64,000 nucleotides of DNA from Eledone cirrhosa. Lineage: Eukaryota. This document shows, piece by piece, positions 44,289 to 57,074 of this stretch (the stretch's first letter is position 1; every line of letters begins with the position of its first letter). The position numbers were made by a program, and so were the translations under genes. The stretch spans positions 46,314,001-46,378,000 of the forward strand of contig OZ024753.1 of the NCBI GenBank assembly GCA_964016885.1, written 5' to 3'. The notes below the pieces were generated by a model. That model had not been told where the DNA came from. It ran no database searches and worked only from the letters and a program-made list of their open reading frames with translations.

Positions 44289-45147
44289 TGAAACGAAGTC
44301 ATCGGATAGGACAGAAAAACCTTCGATAATATATATTTATATTCATATATGCATTTATTTATATTAGGATATGAAAAAAGCTGAATAGTGTGAAAGCAAA
44401 ATTGGAGGAAATGGAAGAAGAGAAAAAGAAAGAAAGAATGGATGAATGAGAGAAAGAGGAAAAACTAGAAAAAAGTCAAGAGAATCAATACACAAAAGAT
44501 CTACAACAAAACCATCAACAACAACAACCACAACAGTAACAACAACAATAAAGCCAACTACAGTGGGAGGGACTGTACTTTACAACAACAACAGCAACTG
44601 TGGGTGGGTCTGTACTTTACAATTACTAGATTGTCTGCTAATTTGTTTAGTAAGAACGGTAAATCTATTGAACTTTGACATTTAGAACACGCAACAAAAT
44701 TATAAATTGTGTGTGTGTGTGTGTGGCTGTATATGTGTGTGTATGATTTATATGTGTATATAGGTGTATGTGTGTGTGTGTAGGTATTCCTATATGTATA
44801 TGTGTGTTTTTAGTTTGTTTTTATGTATGTTACTGAATGCCAGGAGGCGCGTAAAGTAGTTGTCTAATGGTGATAACATTTTTGTTTTATAGCTGTACCG
44901 GCATCTATATAGCATTTGGGCCATTGAGTTTATATATTTATATATACATATATATATATATATACATGTGTGTGTATCATGGAAGAGAATTTATTTTTCT
45001 GTCTGCATAAATACACACACAAACACACGTGTATATAACACATATATATACACATATATATACACACGTGTATATAACACATATATATATAACACATATA
45101 TATACACACACACAAACACACGTGTATATATATATATATATTTATTT

Positions 45148-45223
<76 letters not shown>

Positions 45224-45714
45224 TCGTGCGTGTTTGTATTAGATTTCTCTATCTGCGTGTTTCCGTGTAAATGTGTCAAAGAGGCAAACATCTAGAACTT
45301 GATGTTTGCTTAGTATTTCGATATTAAGTTTATCTGTCTGTGTGTCTCTAAGTGCTTCCTGTTATGTATATTGTGTATAAAAAATATGGAAATCTAGTAG
45401 AAATTGTGCTGAAGTTCCATTTCTCAGTGATTCTACTGACATTCCAACAGGTATTTCCATCTCTTTAGGTTTCTTTGTTATATTTTAATATCTCTAATTA
45501 CTTCCTTCTTCACATTTGCTCTATATTATTTCTATTCCGTTTCTCAATTTGATTGACGCTCACAATAAGTGATCGATATTCTATATGTTCATACTGCACT
45601 TACTTTTCACACTGCACTTTTATCTATAACTTATCGGGTAGAAGAGTTAAATCATCTCCACCGGTCTAACAACATCATCATTACCCAGACATTTTTAGCC
45701 AGTGTTGGATAAAC

Positions 45715-45935
45715 CAGCAGGCGGGAGTGAAGGACATAGTCGAAACCATGAAGAAGGTCAAACATAGATGGGCTGGCCACATCACTCATTTCAGAGACAA
45801 TAGGTGGACTATTGGAGTGACAGAGTGGACACCAAGGCTGTGGAGAAGAACTAGAGGGCGACCAAAAGCCAGATGGTGCGATGATCTGACCCTCACGGGG
45901 CCCAATATGGTCAGAGATAGAAAGCGGTCAACCAA
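45715..45935 (+). mobile_element. RTE-clade LINE C-terminal fragment
   Basis: KHRWAGHITH..DNRWT..VTEWTP..RTRGRPKARWCDDL. Confidence 0.8.
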
Positions 45936-46027
45936 TTGGGGACTGTTTATAGTATTTCAAACCAGGTCGCTTCAATCCACCAGTCATGGAGGAAGCCAAC
46001 AAGGTCAAGATTAACAGCACAGAATAA

Positions 46028-46690
46028 ATTTGGAAGTAGGTTTATAATTTTCATTGTACTTAGAAGTAGTTGAAAGAATCATAGACTGTGGTGATCCTGG
46101 TCTGAAGTTCGATCCATTGTCGGAGTAGGGTTCTCGGTAAACCTTTACGTTTTTTTTCTATGGGATGTAAATTAAAACTGAAAGAGATTACATGTACCTC
46201 TTGACCAGGATTGAACCCAAGACCAGGATCTCCACCGTCTCAAGTACCTACCGGCAACTGAGACAGCTACGAAAACCTTATGAAAATTCATACTTATAAA
46301 CCTACTTTCAAAATTTTCAAAACAAGGTGTTGTGGTGTCGTTCATGTCTTTCCTAATGTTATTGCTCCTACTTAAGGTCGACTTCTAAATCATTTGGGTG
46401 TTGTATAAACTACATCCTCGTTTTGTTTCTCATCTATCTAGACTATATTTTAACCTGTAATCAATGTTTCATGTCTGTTGCACCTCATTTCTCCCCTCCA
46501 TCCTCTCTCTTCTTCTCTCTCTCTCTCTCTCTATCTTTCTCCATTTCTCTCTCTCTCTCCCTCTCTCTCTCTCTCTGTGATATTTTAATCTACTGACTTG
46601 GGCTTACCTTATTCATATACATATATATATATATATGTTTTTGCATGTCAGTTAGATTCAAACTTACAGTGATTGGCATTATACATATAT
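46028..46690 (+). mobile_element. Third copy of the tRNA-armed fold-back element plus shared downstream flank
   Basis: Matches 8997-9395 and 9879-10040, without the CRE insertion. Confidence 0.8.
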
Positions 46691-46997
46691 ATATATATAT
46701 ATATAAAAACAAATAACGAAACGAAATTAAATTTCGTTTCGTTTGTAACTCACTTTTGTATGACTGACGCTTAAACAATTAAGTTAGAAGTGTACATCCA
46801 CATATGTATACTGAAATACTAGTATGCATATAAATACACACACGTATACATATGTAGATGTACCGAGTTTTTCACTGGACACTTTACTGTGAGTGTTCAG
46901 CTAGTCTGTATGTAAACACACAGACGAACCGGTTTTTAGAGTCATACTGGTTTTCGAGGAAACACCTTTCCTCTATTCTCCAGAGGGCCAGACAGGA

Positions 46998-47040
46998 ATA
47001 TTGGACTAGTTTCGATGTTGTTACATCTCATCAGCAATAT
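46998..47040 (-). ncRNA. Type I minimal hammerhead ribozyme (inverted copy)
   Basis: Exact reverse complement of 47420-47462. Confidence 0.9.
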
Positions 47041-47419
47041 AACCCATCCTCCGGCCCCTCTAGAGAATCGTAAAAGCACATATCGTTATATGCTTTTTCT
47101 ATGAAAATTAGTAGTGGGCAGACTAATTTGCATAGAGCGTGAGTACGTACCGGTTCAGCGGAAGCGATAAAAACAAATAACGAAACGAAATTAAATTTCG
47201 TTTCGTTTGTAACTCACTTTTGTATGACTGACGCTTAAACAATTAAGTTACAAACGAAACGAAATTTAATTTCGTTTCGTTATTTGTTTTTATCGCTTCC
47301 GCTGAACCGGTACGTACTCACGCTCTATGCAAATTAGTCTGCCCACTACTAATTTTCATAGAAAAAGCATATAACGATATGTGCTTTTACGATTCTCTAG
47401 AGGGGCCGGAGGATGGGTT

Positions 47420-47462
47420 ATATTGCTGATGAGATGTAACAACATCGAAACTAGTCCAATAT
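47420..47462 (+). ncRNA. Type I minimal hammerhead ribozyme, intact core
   Basis: atattg-CTGATGA-GATGT-aaca-ACATC-GAAA-CTAG-TC-caatat. Stem I 6 bp, stem II 5 bp, palindromic stem III segment ACTAGT, predicted cleavage after GUC at 47456. Confidence 0.9.
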
Positions 47463-47683
47463 TCCTGTCTGGCCCTCTGGAGAATAGAGGAAAGGTGTTT
47501 CCTCGAAAACCAGTATGACTCTAAAAACCGGTTCGTCTGTGTGTTTACATACAGACTAGCTGAACACTCACAGTAAAGTGTCCAGTGAAAAACTCAGTAC
47601 ATCTACATATGTATACGTGTGTGTATTTATATGCATACTAGTATTTCAGTATACATATGTGGATGTACACTTCTGACTTAATT

Positions 47684-47748
<65 letters not shown>

Positions 47749-47758
<10 letters not shown>

Positions 47759-48144
47759 TAAACGGAATAGAAAATGCTGACAAATTGTTCACAGTTGAAA
47801 AATGGTTTAATTAGGAATAAAAGAGTATTAGTAATTGTATGGGTTAGTATTCAGTTGTGGTTTTAAGTTTTTACCGGTTGCGCATATCTAAATGCTTTTC
47901 AAAAATAATTTTGAGATAGAGTGTCCGTGTTGTTTGCTCTGATCAGAGCAAACAGCACGGACACTCTATCTCAAAATTATTTTTGAAAAGCATTTAGATA
48001 TGCGCAACCGGTAAAAACTTAAAAACTTAAAACCACAACTGAATACTAACCCATACAATTACTAATACTCTTTTATTCCTAATTAAACCATTTTTCAACT
48101 GTGAACAATTTGTCAGCATTTTCTATTCCGTTTACCAATATATA
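47749..48144. repeat. Spacer-less palindrome, about 195-bp arms, with a degenerate hammerhead
   Basis: Centre gctctga|tcagagc at 47942/47943. The right arm has an 8-nt duplication (aaaaactt). Relic ttt-TTGAAAA-GCAT-ttagat-ATGC-GCAA-CCGG-TA-aaa at 47980-48017. Confidence 0.9.
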
Positions 48145-48171
48145 ACAACTTGTGTTACACCTCTATTCTTT

Positions 48172-48213
<42 letters not shown>

Positions 48214-48261
48214 CTTCGAGAACAAGACTGACATGCCCAGCAGGATTGGAAGTGTTATCAC

Positions 48262-48700
48262 GATGTAGGATCAGTCAGCTGGAATTTGCAGACGACATCG
48301 TATTAGTTAGTTCGTCAGAAGATGCACTTGATAGGTTTGATGCCGAGTGCTGCACAGCTGGAATGAAAATCAGGGCTGTGGAAACTGAGACACTCGTTCT
48401 CTCAAGGAAGCCTGTGCAATACATTCTACATGTGAATGGAATTCCACTGAAGCAGAGGGATAGTTTCAAGTATCTCGGGGCTGTGTTCATGAGTGACGGA
48501 ATGCAGGAGACTGAATTAATTGCAAGAATTGCAGGAGCTGGTGCAGTAATGTGCCAGCTTCTGCATTCGGTCATGAAAAGAAGGGAGGTAAGTGTAAAAA
48601 CTAAACTCGATATCTTTAATATCAGTATTCTTACACAGCCTTAACTATGGTCATGAATCATGGGTAATGAAAAAATACGATCGCGAATACAAGCGGTCAG
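48262..48700 (+). mobile_element. RTE-like reverse transcriptase fragment
   Basis: ISQLEFADDIVL..GMKI..TETLV..SFKYLG..ARI. Confidence 0.8.
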
Positions 48701-48723
48701 AAATATATATAGGCTAAGGGTAG

Positions 48724-48771
<48 letters not shown>

Positions 48772-49311
48772 AATGAGATTTCTAGTATATTCATAGATAA
48801 AACAGTGAAATATTCACTAAGTGATCACTCATATTTTTGTTTTAATAAATAATTTGGACGTCAGTGGCATTATTTTCTTTGAAACATATATACATATAAA
48901 TACATACATATATATATATACACATAAATATATATATGTGTGTGTGCGTGTGTGTGAATAAACGCACACACAATAATGGCTATACATATACAAATATATA
49001 TATGTGTCAATGTGAAGCTTATTCTGTGGAAAAAATATATCCAGCATCCAAAACATCACAAGCAGCAGTAGCAACAACAACAACAACAGCATGAACAACA
49101 ACAGTGGAGGTCTTGAATAAGTTAAATGGAGGAGTGACCTACGATTCTCTTGAAGAGGCTGAAGACATGTCACCATGGTAACACACGATAGACAGCTGTA
49201 TGAAGGAAGACGTCATTACATCCCTCTCTTTGTTGTATTGTAAACAGCGACCTTGTTTCTGTAATCGATGTATCAATGTCACCCTTGGTCACTGTATATA
49301 TATATATATAT

Positions 49312-49360
<49 letters not shown>

Positions 49361-49723
49361 TACATATATACGCATACACTCACATATTTAATTATATATA
49401 TATATATGTACAAATATGTATATGCATATATCTAAATATGTGAGTGTATATATATTTATATAGACTCACATATATATATATATATACTCACATATGTATA
49501 TTTATACACACACACACACATATATATATATACATATACAAGCATGCATATTTATCCACACACATATGCATATATATCCATATTCATATTTATGTATATA
49601 TATGTGTGTGTGATATGTGTGTGTGTATTTTTATAGTCGTGGTAGTCATATGTAAACATTAATGTATTTTTAGATATGTACGTGAATATGGATCTTGGAG
49701 AATAATACCGACATTTTTCAATA

Positions 49724-49754
<31 letters not shown>

Positions 49755-49777
49755 CTATCTCTCTCTCTCTCTGTCTC

Positions 49778-49813
<36 letters not shown>

Positions 49814-51985
49814 CTTCGTTCTGTTTGTATGTGTACGCATAACAGTGCATGTGTGTGTGAGTTGTGCATGAGTTCTCTGACTTTCTCTCATATATATATA
49901 TAATTTACTCTGTTCTGTCATTGTACTGCGGCCATGCTGGAATACTTCCTTCAATAGTTTCTGTTGTTTATATTGGCGCCAGAACATATTTTTGATTATC
50001 ATTGTTAATAGTTCGTTATCTGATGTAAGTGTCAAGGTTCTTTTGTCACACATATTGCGACTTCATCAGTGACTTTTTGTATTCCTCTGTGCCTCCCCAA
50101 CGTGCTGATCTTATTTTTTCTACTCTATCTTTTACTTTCTCTGGTACCTGTCCCTGTCTACGCATGCGTTTGCGTCTGCGCCTGTGATATCGCCAAGAAA
50201 CCGATATGAACAGCAGCTTAATGAGCCTCCTGCATTGGAACAGGTTTTAGAATTGTGTGTGTACACACACATATATATATATATATTTGTATAAATGCAT
50301 ATATGTACACACGCACAGAAACACAGTCAACATATATATATGTGTATACGTGTGCGTATGTATGTATATATATATATATGTATAGTATGTATGTATATGT
50401 ATAAGCCTACAACTGGCATACTTAGACACAACAGGCCGGATATAATTCTCTGGCACAGAAAATGAAAAACGTACTTTCTAGAGGAAGTTTCTTGCCTAGT
50501 TGGTGGTAAGGTTACATTGAAAAGAAGTGTAAGGAAAACACCTGCTGGGACCTAATGAGGAGTTTATCAATTCTACATCCTAGAAATGTATAAATCTGTG
50601 ATCATTGGGGCGTTTGCTTATGTAATTAAACGTTTGAGTACCTATTCGTGAGAATTTGATCATCTCAAATGCACGAATTTATGGCTCATTTTAAAGTATT
50701 TTGTGGCAGACGTAACTGAAATTCTAAAACGGTTTAACATTTCGGTGGTTTAAATATAAAATGTAGGATATTTACATATGTGAATGTATGTATTTTGATT
50801 GCAGATTCACAGAACATTGTTGAATGTTGGTGCAGTACTGAAGAACTGTCTGACATTAACATACCACCCACTTTAACATGGACGCCACCAGACAACAATC
50901 GGGTCTCAATGTGGTCTTTCAATTTACTAGAAATATCAACCAGATCTTTCTGAAATTAAACCTAACCGCCATGGAAATGAGAAGAATATGTATGATATTA
51001 TAACCCGCTCAGTGTACAGTATACCTTAAAACAAGGCATGATGGTCATGCGTGGATAATGTTTAATCATAATTCTGCCGGATCAAGACTGACAAGATAAT
51101 AACCAGCAGACAGGATATAAACACCATTCCTGTTCTTCTGACTATATTATACAATCTAATCAACTAAAGTGAATATTCTTCGATGATGAAATCCAACGAA
51201 ATGAAAACAACTCTGTTTCGTTCACAAGTTGACTTTAAAACAATATCCATGGCTATTTGCTTCTTTCAAAAATTATGGCTGTGCGATATTTCCATTGTAA
51301 AAATATGCGTTTTTTGTGGTTATGAAACTGGAAAAGGAAGAGAAAAGCAAGGGCAAAGCAAGTGCTCTAGGGTCACAGAAGAATGGGAGGGGGACGGCTC
51401 AGGCCTAGAGCGCGGCCAAAAGACACTTGCATTTTTTACAAGAAAATAATATTAAAATGACTTAAAACTAATCTTACTCAATAAAACTAGTTTTATGGAA
51501 GTTTCCTTTGTTTGTTTTCATATTTCAAACACACCTGAGAGGAGATATCAGTTTGTCAAAGTACTCCATCTCCCCGAATAACATATGTGAGATACATTAC
51601 AGTATATAAATGTATAGTTATTAACCTCAGTGAATGGTTTGATAAATTTATAGCATTATACCCGAATAAAGAAAACATTATATTTTATTTATTAGTGAAC
51701 TGACGTCTAGCAATTTAGTTATTGCTGGCTGATAAGTCACATTTTACTGTTGATTTATGGCGACCTACCAGAGAAATAAAATATTGTTGCTTGCCTAATT
51801 GTAATGATGACATATAACAGTTAATTAGAAAGTCATAGAGAGAAAACAGCTTCGTTAAAACTCTGAGCTTAAAAATCTACAGAGAAAAATGTTGCCTTTC
51901 ATAAATAGCGTAAAAATATGTCTGGTTATATGTGATAGGTGGCCTATTTTATACATCATATTAGCTAGATAGATAGAGAGAGTGG

Positions 51986-52067
<82 letters not shown>

Positions 52068-52193
52068 TGTATATCTGCACCCAAAACCCATGTTGGAGTC
52101 GTAGGGGAGCCATAATGACATGTTTGCGTGTATGCTTTTTATTCTCACATACATTTCAGTACACACATACATATATACACACGCAGAGACACA

Positions 52194-52224
<31 letters not shown>

Positions 52225-53627
52225 GTATATATATATGTATATATATATATAACAAAAGTTAAAAGATTCCGGCAAGAGTGTGAGTCAAGTTGAAGAACCA
52301 GCAGGTTCATTGTAAAGTCTTATAACATAGAGAATATCTTTACTTTTCTATTGAACAAAAGGAAAGGTAGAGTTTCTGAAACTAACACGCGATGGAATAG
52401 CTCATGCCTCCTGTTCTGCTGACAATTCAAACAGTTAAGAGACAAGACTTCATATGCCTCGGCACTAAACCTTTCAACAAAGGTATCTATAGTCTAAATA
52501 TGTTTGCAGTGGTTTTTCAGTTCTTTTGTTTGTCTTTGGAGACGTCGATCACAGATTTCACACAAATAATCATAGTTAATTGTTGCCTCACATAACTTTG
52601 CACTGGAACAATCAAACTTGTATTCATGATTAGCCATTTTTGTTATACTCTATTAACTGTTGCTGTTGTTGTTGTTGTTGTTGTTGTTGTGGTGGTGGTG
52701 GTGGTGGTGGTGGTGGTGGTGCTGCTGTTGGTGGTAGTGTTGGTGGTGGTGTTGGTGGTGGTGGTGGTGGTGATAGTGGTGGAGGAGATATCTGTCGGCA
52801 GCTAATCGTAATAATGAGGATCTTGTTTGATAGTTTTGTTACTGTTGCTGCAGCTGTTCTTGTTGCAGCTGTTGTTGCTGCTACAGTTGCTGTTCATTTT
52901 GGTGGTACAACTATTGCAGTTTCTATTTTATTATCCTGTGTTTTACTTTCTTCTTTCCAGGTGAAGTCTACGATGTACTCTTGACTCCATTTTAGAGCCT
53001 CGTAGACTCGCTGAGTGAGGGAAGAAAAGTTATCCTAAAATCGGAAAAACTGCTCCGAATTCTTGATGTTGTTGTTGCTGCTGATGTTACGACAATAACA
53101 ATAACTGCAACAACAACCCTGCACTGTCATGGCTGACATAAGCTAAACAACTACACAAATGTTGAAGTCGCAATTTAGACAGAAGGTTTATAACTGAAAG
53201 ATCTTTGATCATAGGTCTGCTCAATCAGGCGTGACCTGCAGCTATACATTAACACCAGCAGCAGCAGTAGCACCCCACCAGCAGCAGTAGTACCCCCACC
53301 AACAGCAGTAGCACCCCCAACATCGCCACCACCACGTCAGAGAAATATGCCAGTGTCTTCTATATTCTCATGTCACGTGTTCTTCTGCCGCCATTAGCGT
53401 TATACACACGAACAAAAAAAGACATTAATATAACTGAGTTGTTATCTCATCTTGATGGGCGGAAAACCAGACCTGATTCCCATTGAGATGATATCTCTGG
53501 TGATTGATGGAGAGAAATGTATGTATATATATATAGATGTGTGTGTGTGTGTTTCTATGTAGGTATGTATGCATGTATATATATATACGTATATATGTGT
53601 GTGTATGTATGTACCATGGGCCCAGCA

Positions 53628-53783
53628 CTATGTGTCAATAATTGTCACAAGTGTAGTGTTTGTACCAGAGTTTTCAAGTCGCTGGCTGGACTAAAAAGTC
53701 ACACTCCTTTAGCACATCGGTAGGGGTTCTCCTACATGGATATAAAGTAGTGGCCGTACTCGAAAACGAGTTGGCAGCCACCA
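53628..53783 (+). mobile_element. LINE (RTE-like) C-terminal C2H2 finger fragment
   Basis: HKCSVCTRVFKSLAGLKSH, followed by a short GC-rich UTR. Confidence 0.55.
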
Positions 53784-53854
53784 TGTACATATATATGTTA
53801 TGTATGTGTGCATGTATGCATGTATATATTTCTGGTTTTATTATTTTATCACGT

Positions 53855-53990
53855 CCCTTCACGTTCTAAGTTCAAATCCTGTCGAAGTTAGCTTTATCTT
53901 TCATCCTTACGTGGTCGTTAAAATAAAGTACCAGTAATGCACTGGAGTTGATTTAATCGACACTCTACCGATTCTGCCAATCCACCGCCC
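53855..53990 (+). mobile_element. SINE family A relic
   Basis: aagttcaaatcctgtcgaagttagctttatctttcatcc...aaataaagtaccagtaatgcactgg. Confidence 0.65.
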
Positions 53991-55039
53991 TAATAATAAT
54001 ACAACTGGAAGTAACTGGGCAAGATCGAAACATTGACTGTTAAAGTGGCGAGTGAAAACCAATAATTTATCAAACAAGGGAAGCAGTAACTGCCAATACA
54101 ATCCAGCTTCCTAGTGAACAGATCGATAAAAAATATTTCCCTAACATCATTTAGTGGTAAATGGAGCAGTAATCCATTGAGACACGAAGACAGTATGATA
54201 TATATATATACATATATACATATATATATATATATAAAACATAGGTATACATGTAGTATATGTATTGTATGTATCTACTACTATCCTTCTTTCGCTCTTT
54301 CTCACTCTCCCACTATTTCTCATATATATACATATATATATATATAAATATATATACATATATATATATAAATATATATATACAGGTACATATAAAGTAA
54401 AGAGGAAAGGGTAATAGATGTCAAAGACGTCAGTACTGTATAAAAGAGAAAGTAAAAAATAAAAAGCAACCGAGAAAGTAAATTGGCTGTATTTGACATA
54501 GATACGATACATGAAGAAATAACAACTTCCAGAAAAATCTAACATAAAAAAAACAAAGTTTAGCATGAAAATTGCAGCTTGCAAATCATTGCTTTGTATT
54601 GTTTCCAGCCATTTTAACGTCTATCTTCAACGACATCGTCATCAGAATCACTGCTGAAGCAAATCTTGTAAATATACGTAAAGCCATTGTCAACATTTTC
54701 CAATGGAAGATCTCTGCTTTGACAAAATATATTCATACATTCGTATGATATATTTTATTTTTCCAAATACCAAGTACTGACCACTTGTCTAAAGACGTTA
54801 TAGCAATTATTTCCGTCTGGAGTTATATATTATTCTTGACTACAGTAACATGATCTATGAACCAAGTAAACCTCTCAAAGCTAACGTAAATAGCCAGTGA
54901 ACTGACAGTAACTTTACATCGTTGGAGAAATATCTGTGCTCTTTATTTGTTACAGTTTCTTACGATTTCAGTTCAAATTCCGCTGCAACCAGGCTTGCCT
55001 TTCCCCCTTTCTCGGTCGAATAAATAGTATGTGTATAGT

Positions 55040-55275
55040 AAGTGAAGGCGAATGGCTTGCGATCATAATGTCGTGAGTTCGATTCCTGGACTGGGTTGTG
55101 TGTTAAGTTCTTGAGACAAACACTTCATTTTACGTTGCTCCTGTATAAACAGCTGAAAATGAGTACCAGGCGTCCTGTCCAGGGGGAGTCTTGTACTCTC
55201 AGTCGCTTAACGCCAGCCAAACCAGGGATAAGCACCGGCCTGGTGAGCCTCCGGGTTCCAGACAGACTTTAGACT
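55040..55275 (+). mobile_element. tRNA-derived SINE family B
   Basis: gagttcgattcc B-box, aaatgagtaccaggcgtcctgtccaggggg core, gacttt tail; related minus-strand copy at 10215-10430. Confidence 0.6.
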
Positions 55276-56331
55276 TTTTAGTTGGTGAGTTAGCAGAATT
55301 GTTAGAACGTTGAACAAAATGCTTTGATATATTTGGTTAAAGAGGAGGAGAATAACGGCAACAACGTCGATGATGAGGATAATGATGTTGGTGTCATTAA
55401 CAATGATAATGATAACTGCAATAATAATCATGGCGGCAGAGTTCATGCTGAAGACGACGACTCTAACCATAATAATAGCAATATCCATCGAATACCAAAA
55501 ACGACAAAAGAGTATAGTCCCTTACAAAAGAGTTTATTTCCTAAGAAAATAATATATTTCCTTAACAATGAATAATACGTCCTATATATCAGAAAACAAT
55601 CGAATACAATATTTTAAACAAAACAAAACAAAAGCCAGGAAGCAAGAAAATCTAAGATGGTGGTAGAATATATAATTAATAATAAAAACTAGATGTCAAG
55701 AGAAAGGGGAGTCTCGGAAATAGAAGACAATCTAAGAGAACAATCAAAACGGAATTTATTAACACAAAGAGGCCAAAGTAAAGCCATTCGTTGCCAAAAG
55801 TCAGTAAAATACGATGGGACAGAGAATATGTTAGGAAGAAAAGTGATATCATAATTGTTAATTATGTAAACATACCAGAAATACAAATTTCCCTGTAAAT
55901 AGAAAAACATATGATAAACACATTGAATCGATTCTCGTACCTAGTTGAGTTTTCATCAGAAAAATAGGAAAGGATATATATCTAAATATTTATGTATACA
56001 CGCGCACATATATATACAGGTTTATATATATATATATTGTTATGTCAGAAACGAAATATATATATATATGTATAGTAATAATAATAATTTGTTAGTTTCA
56101 GAAGATCCCGTTAAGGGTGAAAGCAGCGATTCTTTGCTTAAACTTTAATCTGTTATTTTAATATATATATATATATATATATATAATGTAATAATAATAA
56201 ATGTGAAGGCTAAAATCCAAAGAGGGCTCGATAAGATTCAGAAGATCTCGTTAAGGGTGATAGTAGCGATTCTTTGCTCAAACTTTAATCTATTATTTTA
56301 ATAAATATATACAGATTTATATATATGTATA

Positions 56332-56365
<34 letters not shown>

Positions 56366-56403
56366 TTTTTAAATCCACTGTCAATAAAGACACCAGGATT
56401 TTT

Positions 56404-56460
56404 TTCATTCTGATGAATGAAAGCAATTTTTGTTGCTTTCAAGAAACCACTGGTAAATAA
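56404..56460 (+). ncRNA. Type I hammerhead ribozyme motif
   Basis: att-CTGATGA-A-TGAAAGCAA-tttttg-TTGCTTTCA-A-GAAA-CCACTGG-TA-aat. Stem II is 9 bp. Followed by AATAAA and an AT-rich tail to (TA)n. Confidence 0.75.
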
Positions 56461-56555
56461 AATAATTATCTTATGTTATTTATTACATAACTAATAAGCT
56501 CTGTAACCTACATAGAGCACTCTTTTTTCCTGGAGCTTTCCGACGGAATTACTTC

Positions 56556-56591
<36 letters not shown>

Positions 56592-56647
56592 TCTTTTACT
56601 CTTTTACCTGTTTCAGCCATCCGGCTGAGGCCATGCTGGGGCACCGC

Positions 56648-56718
<71 letters not shown>

Positions 56719-56761
56719 AGGAAGTTGTAGTTCACTTGAAGCATTGTGTAATGAGGTATAA

Positions 56762-57074
56762 ACGTTTGTATATGTATAATAAAGCCAAAACAATGCAGGT
56801 ATGGACATAGAATAAAGAATGCAAATGCAAAAGATATTGTTGACAATTAGTCTTTTACCTTAGATTTATTTAAATGTCCTTAATTTTCGAGATATCTCTT
56901 CTTCGGAGGGAAGTAAAGCGGTTAAACCAGTGTTCTAAATAGCTTGCCAAAATTAAGGACATTTAAATAAATCTAAGGTAAAAGACTAATTGTCAACAAT
57001 ATATTTTGCATTTGCATTCTTTATCCTATGTCCATACCTGCATTGTTTTGGCTTTATTATACATATACAAACGT
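56762..57074. repeat. Fold-back inverted repeat, about 126-bp arms, next to (TA)n
   Basis: 56762-56887 vs 56949-57074 reverse complementary with about 2 mismatches. Confidence 0.95.
56878..56909 (-). ncRNA. Minimal hammerhead motif (U4C variant)
   Basis: Minus strand: cct-CCGAAGA-A-GAGA-ta-TCTC-GAAA-AT-TA-agg. Confidence 0.6.

Larger units (their letters stand above)
46703..47688. mobile_element. Non-coding hammerhead-containing retroelement (retrozyme / Penelope-like pLTR relic): 1.2 tandem copies of a 464-nt unit followed by an inverted copy, between (TA)n tracts
   Basis: Direct repeat 46703-46786 = 47167-47250 (period 464). Inverted arms 46772-47214 / 47246-47688 are nearly identical. 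A hammerhead motif is present in each arm. (TA)n lies on both sides. Confidence 0.8.

Noticed and set aside
52941-53020. Strong splice acceptor-like tract ending at 52960
   Set aside because: Short open frames and no supporting partner exons.
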